Positions 27,901 through 39,900 of a stretch of 50,981 nt of DNA are shown in pieces; the first letter of the stretch is position 1, and each line of letters starts with the position of its first letter. The notes below the pieces were generated by a model. The model was given only the letters and a program-made list of their open reading frames with translations, made no database searches and had not been told where the DNA came from. Source of the stretch: Negaprion brevirostris (Eukaryota); the NCBI GenBank assembly GCA_030324005.1, contig JARDVH010000121.1, positions 10,633,553 to 10,684,533 on the forward strand. The letters are read 5' to 3'. The translations under genes and the position numbers were made by a program.

Positions 27901-30900
27901 AGACTCAATTTCTGGGCCACAGACTGTGAGTGGTAATCACCATTTGTTTTTCCTCTGTTGTGACCTTGTTAGCTACAAAGATATAATGTAGCCTTAGTTC
28001 TCAATATCTGGATCAAATGGATCTTGATTTCCTATTTTCAGTGCTCAGTCAATTGTTATGATGGTTTGTCCAAGAGTCAAAATTTTAGAAAATGAATGAG
28101 ATTCCATGGGTGTACCTTGGGAGCTTAATATTGTTACTTACAATTTGCCAGTCCATGTTGCTTTTATTCTCCACACATATACAAGTCCTCATCTGGAGTA
28201 TTACATCCAGTAGTGGGTGCCATATTGGAGGAAGGATGTGAAGGCCTTGGAGAGAGTACAGAGGAGATTCAGAAAAATGATTCCAGGGGTAAAGAAGTGT
28301 AACTGAGGATACATTGGAGAAGTTGGGTCTATTTTCCTTGGCAAAAAGAAGGCTGAGAGGGGATTTGGTAGACGTAAATCCAGAGACCACTCCTACCCAT
28401 ATACTCAAGTCATCACTAGATGCACTCAGCAAAAACGGTACCAGAATAAAATCCCATGTGTACTGCTATGCATTTGAACCACTGAGAAATTGCCCTTGAC
28501 TCCTACTCTATGTGCTCAATTCTAACCAGTTGTTAATTCATTTTACTACCCTTTGTGGCAGTTATGAGAAATTAAGATCCAGTACTCTGCACGTTGAATA
28601 GTCTTAGCAGAATCTCTGGAAGCTTGTAATCTATTGATCCATTTCTAAGTTTCTTTCTGTTAATTAAATTTTATTGACTGTATATTTGTGCATAGCTTTT
28701 CAAACAGTATAAAAGGCTTTACATGTAATGAAAAAAAACTTTTATGTAGGCCTGTATCACATTCAGGCAGCTGAAGGTAAATTGAAATACAATGGAGTAG
28801 GAAACTATTTTGTTATTTTTAATTTGCTATTTGTCTGCCCACACAGCTGATCCAATAGAATCATGATGTGGGTATGCCGGAGTTGGACTGGGGTAAACAC
28901 AGTAAAAAGCCTGACAACACCAGGTTCCGCACACATGAGGACGGTCTCAACAGGGATCTTGGGTTCATGTCGCACTATCTGTAACCCCCGTGGCTTGCCT
29001 GGGTTTGCAAAACCTCACTTACTGTACTGTCTGGAGACAATACACATCTCTTTAACCTGTGATCAGTGCTCCTTCCACTCACATTGCCAGCCACTTTATG
29101 ACTTGAACAGCAGGTTCGGTGTAAAGATTCGCATTCTAATCAGTAATCTGTAAACTGTCTGTGCTGTTATATACTTTGTCTGAGGCCAGAACTCACTATT
29201 CACTTGACGAAGGGGCTAACGAGAAAGCTAGTGAGTGTACTATCAAATAAATCGGTTGGACTTAAACCTGGTGCTGTCAGACTTTTTACTGTGTTTACCC
29301 CCGTCCAACGCCGGCACATCCACATCACTTTTGGACTATCAGGAGAAGCTCGAGCACTGGAGTAAAACAGCGCATTGATGAGGAGAATGCACACACTTCA
29401 TTCGCCAAGACTGAACCCATATCCCTGGTGCTATGTAAAAAAAAAGTGTTGTCCACCTCCAGCCCCTTCCCCACAATACTCCACCACCCCGAAAATCCAT
29501 TGAACTCACCATAGACACTGACATTCTTCATTTCCTGTAATTTTCAACTGGGCCTTTCTACTCGCTTCATTTTAGGAACCTGATGTCTCCTAGCTTGTTT
29601 TACTTCGTACTGCTTCATTTACACATAGACGCTGTGCTTCGAAAGCTTGAATCGCAATCGACTTGATTCAGTCGCGTCGGATGAGACAGGCACTTAAGAA
29701 TTTTAGCACAGGTAATTGTGTATGGCATTGACATGCTGACGTTGATTGCCACTCCGACGAAATTATGATCATACTTGTAGTTACGAAAACGGAATCGCTT
29801 TCCAATAATTTAATTCAGACGCTAACCCACGATTTAGCAGCACAGTGGCTGTGAATGGACAAATCGTGAACAATAATGTTACATTGCTATACATTACTGG
29901 AGTTTTGACAATGATGTTTATTCTCGCTAAAGCACGTATTGTTTGTTGGACAGAGTTAAAACGAATGGAGGAGAACTAAATCAAATACCATTGATGACAC
30001 TTCCAACATATATATAACGGACCGGGTTGCTTCATTATTGAATTGCATGGTACTGCTTGTAACTTTCATATCGGTATTTGTTTTATATTACCAATTAAGC
30101 CGAACTGTCTTTCATACATGAAATGTGCTTACCTCGAAATGTGTTTGTTTTTTTTTCAGAATTGGACGAACTTAGGATGAAATGTAGTAAGATGCAACGC
30201 ATTATGTCCATCCTGACCCCTCCAATGATCCATTTCCTCCAATCCATGCCAGCTGCCTTCTATTCAGTTCTGTTCAAGTTGCACGTTTCAATATTCTAAT
30301 AACAGTATTCTGTCAACTGTTATTATAATGAGCGTTAGGAACAGCATGTTTCCTTGCTTCTTCAAACAATGACGAACTTCTTTTGCACAAGTGCCTGATA
30401 CGAATTTAAATTTCACGTCTGCTGAACACACAGCCGTTAAGATGTGAATAGTGTCTGAAAAAAAAACCTTTGCAGAGGAATTGTAATTTAAGGGTTATAT
30501 CCGATTTTTTTTTTCATCAAGTCACTGTGCCAAGTATATTCGATTAATTGGCATAGTAGGTGAGGGGTGGCAGTTAGAATATTGGCAGCGTTGTGCTGGT
30601 GCCTCGCATGAGATATCCATGACATTAGAAAAGAAAGACTTGACAGCAATGCATCGGATTTTGAGATGTCCCCTGACAAAAGGAAAGGCGATAGAAGTTC
30701 AAATCATTACTTATTGCTTTCAATTTAATGAGGATAATATCAAAACCAGTCTCATTAATGAAAACTGCTTTACGTTTGTACGTTTGCAGGGCGTGCGCGA
30801 CACCATACTTCTGAAGGTAACTGCTATTTCTTGCTATCATGGCCCGAAGCATACAATTATTGGCAATATGAAGCCGCAAATATCCAATAAATCACTACCG

Positions 30901-33900
30901 AGCATGCAAATCAAACGAGTACGCTTTACATTGCATTTTCATTGGAAAATACGATAACTTGGAATTGAGCATGTTTAGTAGGTAGTTAACTTGCTGGCTA
31001 CACAGCCAAAATTTATTATCATCATAGTTTCCATGGTGCACAACTACACAACTACCTCCCAAGCATTATTTCCATCTGAGCATAAGGTCACAATTTGGAA
31101 ATGTATGAATTCTAATCACGATTTTTGTAAGAAGAGTAGCTGACCAACACGCTTTTACTTGCATGAGATGAATTGTATAAGCCCTCAGTTCAGATTCATT
31201 AATTACATGGGTAATTGCGATCAGCAATTATTGTTTCTCAATTTTCCCTTTAAATTGACCATCCAAAGTTTAATACAGTGTTCAATCTCTCCTTAGAAAT
31301 CGATGGAGAAGATCATCCCTTAGGTAAAGGTGCATTGCCTCATTTGAATCGTTCTGAGATAATTTCAGATTGTGCAATAGCACGATCCATAGATTCTGAA
31401 TCGAAATCGCGTTTATAGGAAGAAACTAATCATGTGCGCAAACGTAATTATAATGAATTGCGGTGCTGAAATGATCTCGAAGGAACAGAATAAACTTTAA
31501 TACCGATTTTAGAACCAGCTATCAATGTTGTGGCAAAATGCGGGCTCATGTCATGTTGTGCACTGCTCCGACTTGAACAACGCAACATGCAGCATTTGAG
31601 GGATTGCAATTCCAGGTCAATTGTTATCGTGTTTTCAAATCGAATTAATGGAGAATATTATTATCTATTATTATTGTTGTTACTACATCAGAAGTGAGCA
31701 TGTTAGTCAGGATAAATCGTTGTTTTCGGTACCACATTACTCTTAAGCAGGCAACTATAAGTTTTCGTAAACGGCTGCAACATTATTGGTACACGTTTAG
31801 TTCTGAAAGGAGCATATTTAAAACCTTTTCGGGAAGGAACGGTGAGTTAATTCGTCGTCAGAGTACGGTCTGTGTGAGAGGCAACTTTCATGAGACGCCA
31901 TTCGCATGCACCTGCATTCAATGCCATGTTATTGCTGCAGGTATGTAACATGTAACAAACCGAAAGGCTTCCGTTAAGAAGTATTAGAGGAAGATTGGCG
32001 GATTGCCTCGCTGGACACAAATGACATATGTTGCAATTGAGCATCGGAGGCCGAGGGAATTGTGTTCATGGTGTCGACTATCACTGTTGTCCTCGTATCT
32101 TCAACCTTCTACAGATATGTTGGGACACTAGCGATCTGGAAGAATATGCCAGCACCTGTCTGATTTGTTTTCTTAATGGTGAAGTGCATTTTGAGAGTTA
32201 GAAGGAAAGATCATTTTGATGAACTTGCCAACCTGTGAGCTGCTTTTGCAGTATTTTTTCATATGGCAAGTCATGTGATGCATACTGTAAGTGCGCGTAT
32301 GAGGAGATCATCTCCCTCTTTTTCTTGGCATTTCGCTTTTTATTGTGTACGGTCCAAACTGCTGGCGTACAGAAACCCTAAAATAACTGCCAAATACCAA
32401 AGGCATCCGCCGAAAGGGAAAGTCTTTCGAGAATATTTCTCCAGCTGCGTTTTCTCATGCTGAAATGTCAAAACCCAGTCCATCGACTCCTCAAGCTAAA
32501 GCTCCATAGAAGTATGCAAGATACTTGTGTTCCAAGACTGCAATCCACAGACTTCACAGTATTTGGCGCGCCTAAAGCAACCTCGCAATAATGCCCATTA
32601 ACTTATCGTCAACTCGGGGAAGCAGAAGCTAAATGCAGTAGACCATGACAAGAAATCTGGAAAGAAAGAAAGGCAACGCCTCTCCGAAGTTGAATCAAAT
32701 TTGCCTAATTTTACTTTAGAAAAAAATATGTATGCTGCCCCGTGCATTCTGTTTTCTTGCCAGAACTCCAGCGCCCACTATATTTTCTTTTCACCATTCT
32801 TTAAGCATGTTCGAATTCCAAAAAATCCTGCACCCAATGCGAAGCCAGATATAGCACTTTGCATTGCTAGGGATTCAGCTGGCTATGTCTTATCCTTTGT
32901 TTAGAGATCTTAGTGTCTCTTCAAGTTCACCGCAGAGATGGTACTCAAATTCTGATACAGAGCTTAGAAATGACGGTGGAGGCAGCAATTACGACACAAA
33001 AGCCGAGCTCGCTTTACGGACTTTAAAGCTTCCTGCGAGAATGGCAGGGGGCATCCTGTCCAATTGGTCAGCCACTACCTGCCACAGGTCAGGAATCCTC
33101 CGACAAAGAAAGTGCTGAACTAGCATGGTGCATTGGATTCAACGGGCGTTTGTAGTACATAGCCTCTACTCAAAAACTGGAACGGAATGGGCCGCACCAG
33201 GAAAATATATGGTACTAAACAAAACAATTGAAATGGAAACGACTCGCTTGTTTTCATGAGTTACAGTCAAAACTGAAAATTTGAAGCATATTGTTGTTAT
33301 CTCTGAAAGCTGTCTTTCAGGTGGATACTGGAAGCGGCGAGCAGAAACAAAGATCTCAGTTAATCGGGAAGCAGATCCAGGTGAAACAGAGCCCAGCAGG
33401 TTGCGTTCCAACTTACATGCAATAAACGTTGGATGTACTGTCACGTTGGGGTGGGGGCGCTACTGAACCACAGTAAGCGATGCTTTATTCAATATTTACC
33501 AGCAGAGTTTTATCCTTTTCCTCATGAGGCGTATGACTATCAGGACCATTGGTAAGTTTTGTATCAGTCCAGTGACTTTTTTATGGAGGGTGTTCAGCTG
33601 CAGTGAAAATTAAAGATAGGTCTACAACTGCCAACAATTCAATTTCAATGGGCCATCTTGGTTAAATATTGATGTGCAACGTATTTGCCAAATTGCACCT
33701 ATTTCTGCTCTTATATACATGGAAATGCTTTGCTCAGTACTTAATAAGTGGCATATAATAGTAAGGTAGTAAAAAGTCTGACAACACCAGGATTAATTCC
33801 AACCGATTTATTTGATAGTAAACTCACTAGCTTTCGGGTTTGTCCCTCAGTCAGGTGAATGGAGAGTTCTGGCCTCAGACAGAGCATAAAAAGCACAGAC

Positions 33901-36900
33901 AGTTTACAGATTACTGATTAGAATGCGNNNNNNNNNNNNNNNNNNNNNNNNNNNNNNNNNNNNNNNNNNNNNNNNNNNNNNNNNNNNNNNNNNNNNNNNN
34001 NNNNNNNNNNNNNNNNNNNNNNNNNNNACTGTGTTTACCCCAGTCCAACGCCGGCATATCCACATCACACAAAACTAAGCACAGCCATGCGAATATGTTA
34101 ATGCCTTCCCTGTAATTTAGTTGAGATCGGCGAGAAAGCAACTGAAGATGATTAGTTCCATAATCATTGCGTAGCTGCTGCTGCTAAGATGATGGAAAAT
34201 TATATTGATGCAGGTTTTTCGAATGATTGCATTTGATTACGATTTTCTGTGTTTCCTTGGAGACATTCGCATTCAGATATTGCCTTGTTAATCAATGCAT
34301 TAACTCACGTCTTAACTCCTGAGTTCAGATCATGTTTTGTTTTCATGTTTGACTCAAAGATGCAATAAGGCAGCAGGCGGGTGAACGTGTATCACCTTAA
34401 AAGGAAGGTCGCTGAGCAGATTAGGTGAGATAGCTACCATGTTGGAACATTAAACTGTCATCATCAGTCTTCTGAAAATTGAGTGTAGCCATAATTCGCC
34501 TGATTAAGTTTTCCTGTATTTTTTCATGGGGACATGTAAAGCATGGATAATGTTCTGCATCGTTGGTTGAATGCTATCTATACTGGAACAACTGAACGAG
34601 GGGCACAACAAATAGAGTCTGAATGGTTTTCGGAACGAAAGGCTGAATTCTTATAAGGTTTTTTTTGTCCCCGTTGCTTTTGAAGTTCTTGATATCACGT
34701 GGCTGAACTGAGCTGGTTAATACTTGAAATGGGCAGGTGGACTTTTGCGAAAATGTTGGACAGTCTCGGCTTCCATCCTCTGGAATTTTGGAGAGAAAAA
34801 TGAGGTTTAATCCTATATGATCTCGAAGGTTCTTGATAGACTATATGTGGAAAGAAAACCGTTTGACGGGTGAAGCTAAAACTAGGTGTCACTGCTTAAA
34901 ATTATTGGGTCATTCATTCGAAACTTCCATCGTGCAGTTTTTAGTCAAATGTTCTGGTGTTTGTGAACTCTCTTGCTGAAAAAGTAGTGAAGAAAATCGT
35001 TAAGATAGACTTAGGTCGATTGCTGGTAAACATGACGTTAATGTGGGTTTGGGAGTAGGTGAGGCGCAGATCTGAGACTGCCAGATTAACCATTGCCTTA
35101 TTAAAACCTGGAACATTTCGAGCGGATGAATGGCCTACTCTTCCTCGGGTATGTATTTTCCCACTTGTGTACTGTCTCTGAGGACGTCAAGGATACAGGC
35201 AGTGGTAAAGAACCTGAGTTGAGGTTGAACATCAGGCATCAGTGAATGATGGGGCAGGTTTGAAGAGAAGAGTATTATTCATTATTTCTAATATGAGAAA
35301 GGAATATTAGTGTTGGCGTGATGAATTTTCAACAAAGCCTTCTTGATTAGTAATCTAAATTAAAGTTGCGACTACAATTGTAGGTCAGAAGCTGGAAAGT
35401 CTGTGGGGAATAGTGCAACTTCTGTTCCGCTTTGCCTTGTGGCAATCGAGTAAGCATATTAGAAGAGTGTGAGAGAATAATTTCCAATGTCAAGTTTTAA
35501 CCCAATAATCTGCTATGGGAGAGGCTCCGTGATGAAATATTTCTCGATAGTCTCATGATTCTTATGGCAGTAGCGGAGGACTGTATAAGTCAGGAATCTT
35601 CCACCAGCTAATGAATTTAGTTTTGCAGAGTTCACTGGGTGAGAAGGATGGTTAAATTTAGTTGCATTGGTGCGATAATGGGTTGTCGAATATTTCTACA
35701 TATAAGTTCAATTCCTATGTGGCCTTTTGTCACATTCTCGTTCACGCATTTGTGAACCCCATATCTCTGAAATAATTTGAATCATGATTCTTACCGTAGA
35801 AAGAAAGTCAAATGCGAAGGACAAAGGTAGAGATTTCAAAATATCTTGTTTTTTTTCATATTGAAAGAGCGCTGCTTGCTTCCAGATAAGATAATATGGC
35901 AACTGTATTTTAACTCATTACTATAAAGCCTTTTTTGAGTGTGAATGGGGTTGTAAAGCAAATTTATGCACAAATCAGAAATCACAAAACTATTGGTTCT
36001 TGTTGTTAAATGTTTTGGAATGAGCTAAATGGAAATTCGGTAACTATTTCATTGCTGAAGACTTAGTGAAATGAAAATATAGTTGCCATCAGAAGATTCC
36101 AGGTGATTACTGTAGATCCAGTTAATTGGATAGGTGCATGGGAGATCATATAATCAGAGAAACTCTATCGTGTAGAAGGGGAACATTCAGCCCATCCGTT
36201 TGGTACTGAAAACAATCCCGCCCCAAGCCCTATCAACACAACCCCACGCATGTACCCCGCTAATCCCTCTAATTTGCACATGGCGAATTTAGCATGGCCA
36301 ATCGACCTTACCTGCACATTTTTGGACTGTGGGATGAAACCGGAGCGTCCAGAGGAAACCTACGGAGACACGGGTAGAATGTGTGAACTCCACACGGACA
36401 GTGACCCAGGTCCCTGGAGCTATGAGATAGCAGTGCTAACAGCTGTGCCACCATATCCCCCAATCCCCGCCCTTTTGATGCACGAATAAAAATATATATG
36501 CTAATAAATCCAGATTGCCTATGCTATTATTAAGTTACTATCAATGCATTGTTGTGAGCTGAACGCTTTGACCAAATAATTTGTGTATGTTTTGTGCATA
36601 CAGGTTGATTGACTGGTCTAAATAGGAAACGTTCATATTTGTATTTTAAAAAAAGTACTGCTAACGATGTGCTTCTCTCCAGCTCTCTGGAATGCATAAC
36701 ATGAACGCGGAAAGTAAAATGGACAGACACTGGGAAAAATCAAGTCTATTTTACATGTGTTATTACACTTTTTGGTAGCTCATTTAATTGCATAATGTAC
36801 CACGTGTATCCTTTACCTTTGTTCATCAGAATTGGACAGGGTGAAAAAGGCTCTTGCAGACACAGGTAAGTTGCAGAGGCACAGTTGGAATCTAACTGTC

Positions 36901-39900
36901 AAATTCGTACAATCTGAAAACATTATAAATCGACATGGAGGATGATGCATATTGACTGTAATCTCCGCATGGTTGATGAAGCATCACAAATATTGCAATG
37001 TCCAAGTGTGTGAAATCTGGAACAGGACAGATGATCACCTGACGAAGGGGCAGGGTTCCAGAACCTCGTGCTAGCAAATAAATCTGTTGGACTTTAACAT
37101 GGTGTCGTGAGACTTCTTGCTGTGCCAATTGTATGTCACAAAGAAAACATCTCATCAGATTTGAACAAATCGCATCACAAGGCTCAACTGCTCCCCGCAG
37201 ATTAATACAACAGACTTGCAATCGATTGAGAACAAAAAAAAACTCACCTAACAGTTAATTTGAAAGGCCTGTTTGAAAAACTATTCTCTTGTTCTTGACT
37301 ATCCAGTACTTTCTTCCAAGAACCCAACCCATGATGTTCCCTCCGTCTCTGATGTATATATATATATCAAAATTGGACCTCTCATTATTCCAAATATCTC
37401 TGTACACAAAATTAACGTACTTAATGTTGACTCATATCACGACTGGTGGTTTTGATTATTTGAATTTCATCACTGTTTACTGTTTGAGTTTCAATTGTTT
37501 GGGGATGCCTTCTCCACAGAAGGCAAACATTGCAAAATATTTTCAGTCTACAACATCATTTTTTTCAATATTCATTAATTCAACAGCATCAGTCGTTGAG
37601 ATATTACTTTCCTTATGAATTTCCTTCATTGGCCATTTTATAAGCCGTTATTTTAGGCCAATAGTACTGTCAATGGTACAGCTAAATGGTACTGTCGCTT
37701 GAAATAGCAGAAGGTGGAATGTTAAAAAAAACAATCAAATACCTGGAAGCAAAAGTCTCACGCTGATCATGAACATATTGTCTACTTTGGTATCAACTCT
37801 ATCTTGTCCATCGACTCTGAAATAGCCTGGCAAGCCAATCAGTGGAATTCAACAGCTACAAATAGACGAAAAAGTAATGGAAATGGATGCATCACCCAGC
37901 ATCAACCTATACATTGCAATCATACCTGACTGGTAATGTCCCAGAACGCATCATTAGCATTCCTCGATAGGTCCTGAGCCATCGATAAGACAGAACCAGC
38001 ATTCGTGATGGTACAGTGGTAACAGCCCAGCTTTGGGAGTCTTAAACAACTACAACTCACATGGAACCAGATAAAACATGAAAAAGGAAACGTATTGCTG
38101 ATTATTATCATCTGCAATCAATCAACCAGCATTCCTCCTCTTAGGTAGCAAAAGCGGCAAATGTACTCTGAGAGACGTCAATGTCCATCCCCAAGACTGG
38201 CTCAGTTGTACCATCATAAACAAAGATGGACGGTCCTAAAGCACATTTTGATAGACTGGGACTCCGGTAGGTCCGGCACATTAATGCAAAAGTTAAGGCG
38301 TCTTGCATTTGCAATAATGTTCAAGCGGGTGCTGGGTGGATGTTCCATATGAGCTTCATCCGTAGCTTCCCAGCATCACAGAGAGCAATCTTCTGCCAGC
38401 TTAATTCAAGCAATAGGATGCCATTAAACGGCTTCAAGCAGTAGATGCTACAAAAACTATGGGCCATGATAATATTATAAAAATGGCCTGAAGTTTCCTG
38501 TTCCTGAAGGTTTCACGCCCAAAACCAATTTGGTGCAGTACAACGAAAACATTGGTATCTACGTGACAACGGGAAAAGTTGCCCACGTACGTCCTGAACG
38601 CAAGATACTTGACAAATCCAATCCAGCAATTTAGCGTCCCGTCACGCAACTTAAATCTTGACGAAAGTGATACAAAAGGCCATCAAACACACTGTCAAGC
38701 AGCACATACTTGTTCATGGGTGCTCAGTTTGGGTTCCTCGAGGATCAACGCGCTCCTGAACTCAATACATTTTTGGTTCAAACATGAACAAAAGAATTGA
38801 ATTCCACAGCTGAGTGAACCCTACCTCCGTATTCGACCGAGTTTGGCATTAAGGAAAAGTAACATAACTGGAGTCAATGAGAATCTGTGAAAATCCTACG
38901 CCGGTTGGAGTCATGCCTGTCACAAAGGATGATGATTGTTGTAACTGCATGCCAATCATCTCAGCTCCAGGGGTCATTGCAGAAGGTCCTCCGGGTAGCA
39001 TTATAGGCCCAATCATCTTGAACTGCTTCAACAATGATCTTCCTTCAATCATATGGTTAGAAGTAGGGATGTTCGCTGATGACTACATTATTTTCACGAT
39101 CACTGGGGACTGCTCTGGTACTGAAGTAATCTGTGATCAAATGTGGCGAAAGCCGAACAAATCGAGGCTTGAACTGTGAAGCAGAACGTAACATTTGTGC
39201 CAGCTAAGTGCTAGACAGTGACCATAAAGAAAAAGTACACAACAACTTCCAAGCCTTCTGTCACTCATAAATGTTTAAAACACCCTTTAACATTCAGATC
39301 TCAGTATTGGTCACACTAAAACAACCTGGACAAATGGCTCCCATGCCATGCATATTCTTATTCTATTCCATCAAATCACATAATTTGTGAGAAGAATTTC
39401 ACAATTCAAGTTAAGAATGTTTAGTGCTCTTTCTTTTACTAATTTTCTTGGCGCTGTGATTAAATGTTACTGCACTCTTAAACTTGAACAACGAAAACAA
39501 AGAAAAACAAAGAAACTTACGGCACAGTAATAGGCCACCAACTGTGTCGATCATAGTTCTCCAACTAAACTAAAGAAAATAAACCCTCCGCCCTCATTCA
39601 GTCCGCATCCCTCTCATTGAGGATCACAGCATGGAAACAGGTCCTTTGGCCCAACTTTCCCATTTTTAAAGACTGATTTTAAGCTAATCCCAATTTCCCG
39701 CTTTTGTTTCATATCGGTCTACACTCTCTGAACCTATGTGACTATCTAAATGTTTTTTTTAAAGACAAAATTGTACCCGCCTTTACTACTACATCTGGAA
39801 GCTTGTTCCAGACACTCACCACCCTCGCTGTGAAAAGATTGCCCCTCTGGACACGTTTGTCCCTCTCCCCTTTCTCCTTAAACCTATGCCCTCTCATTTT

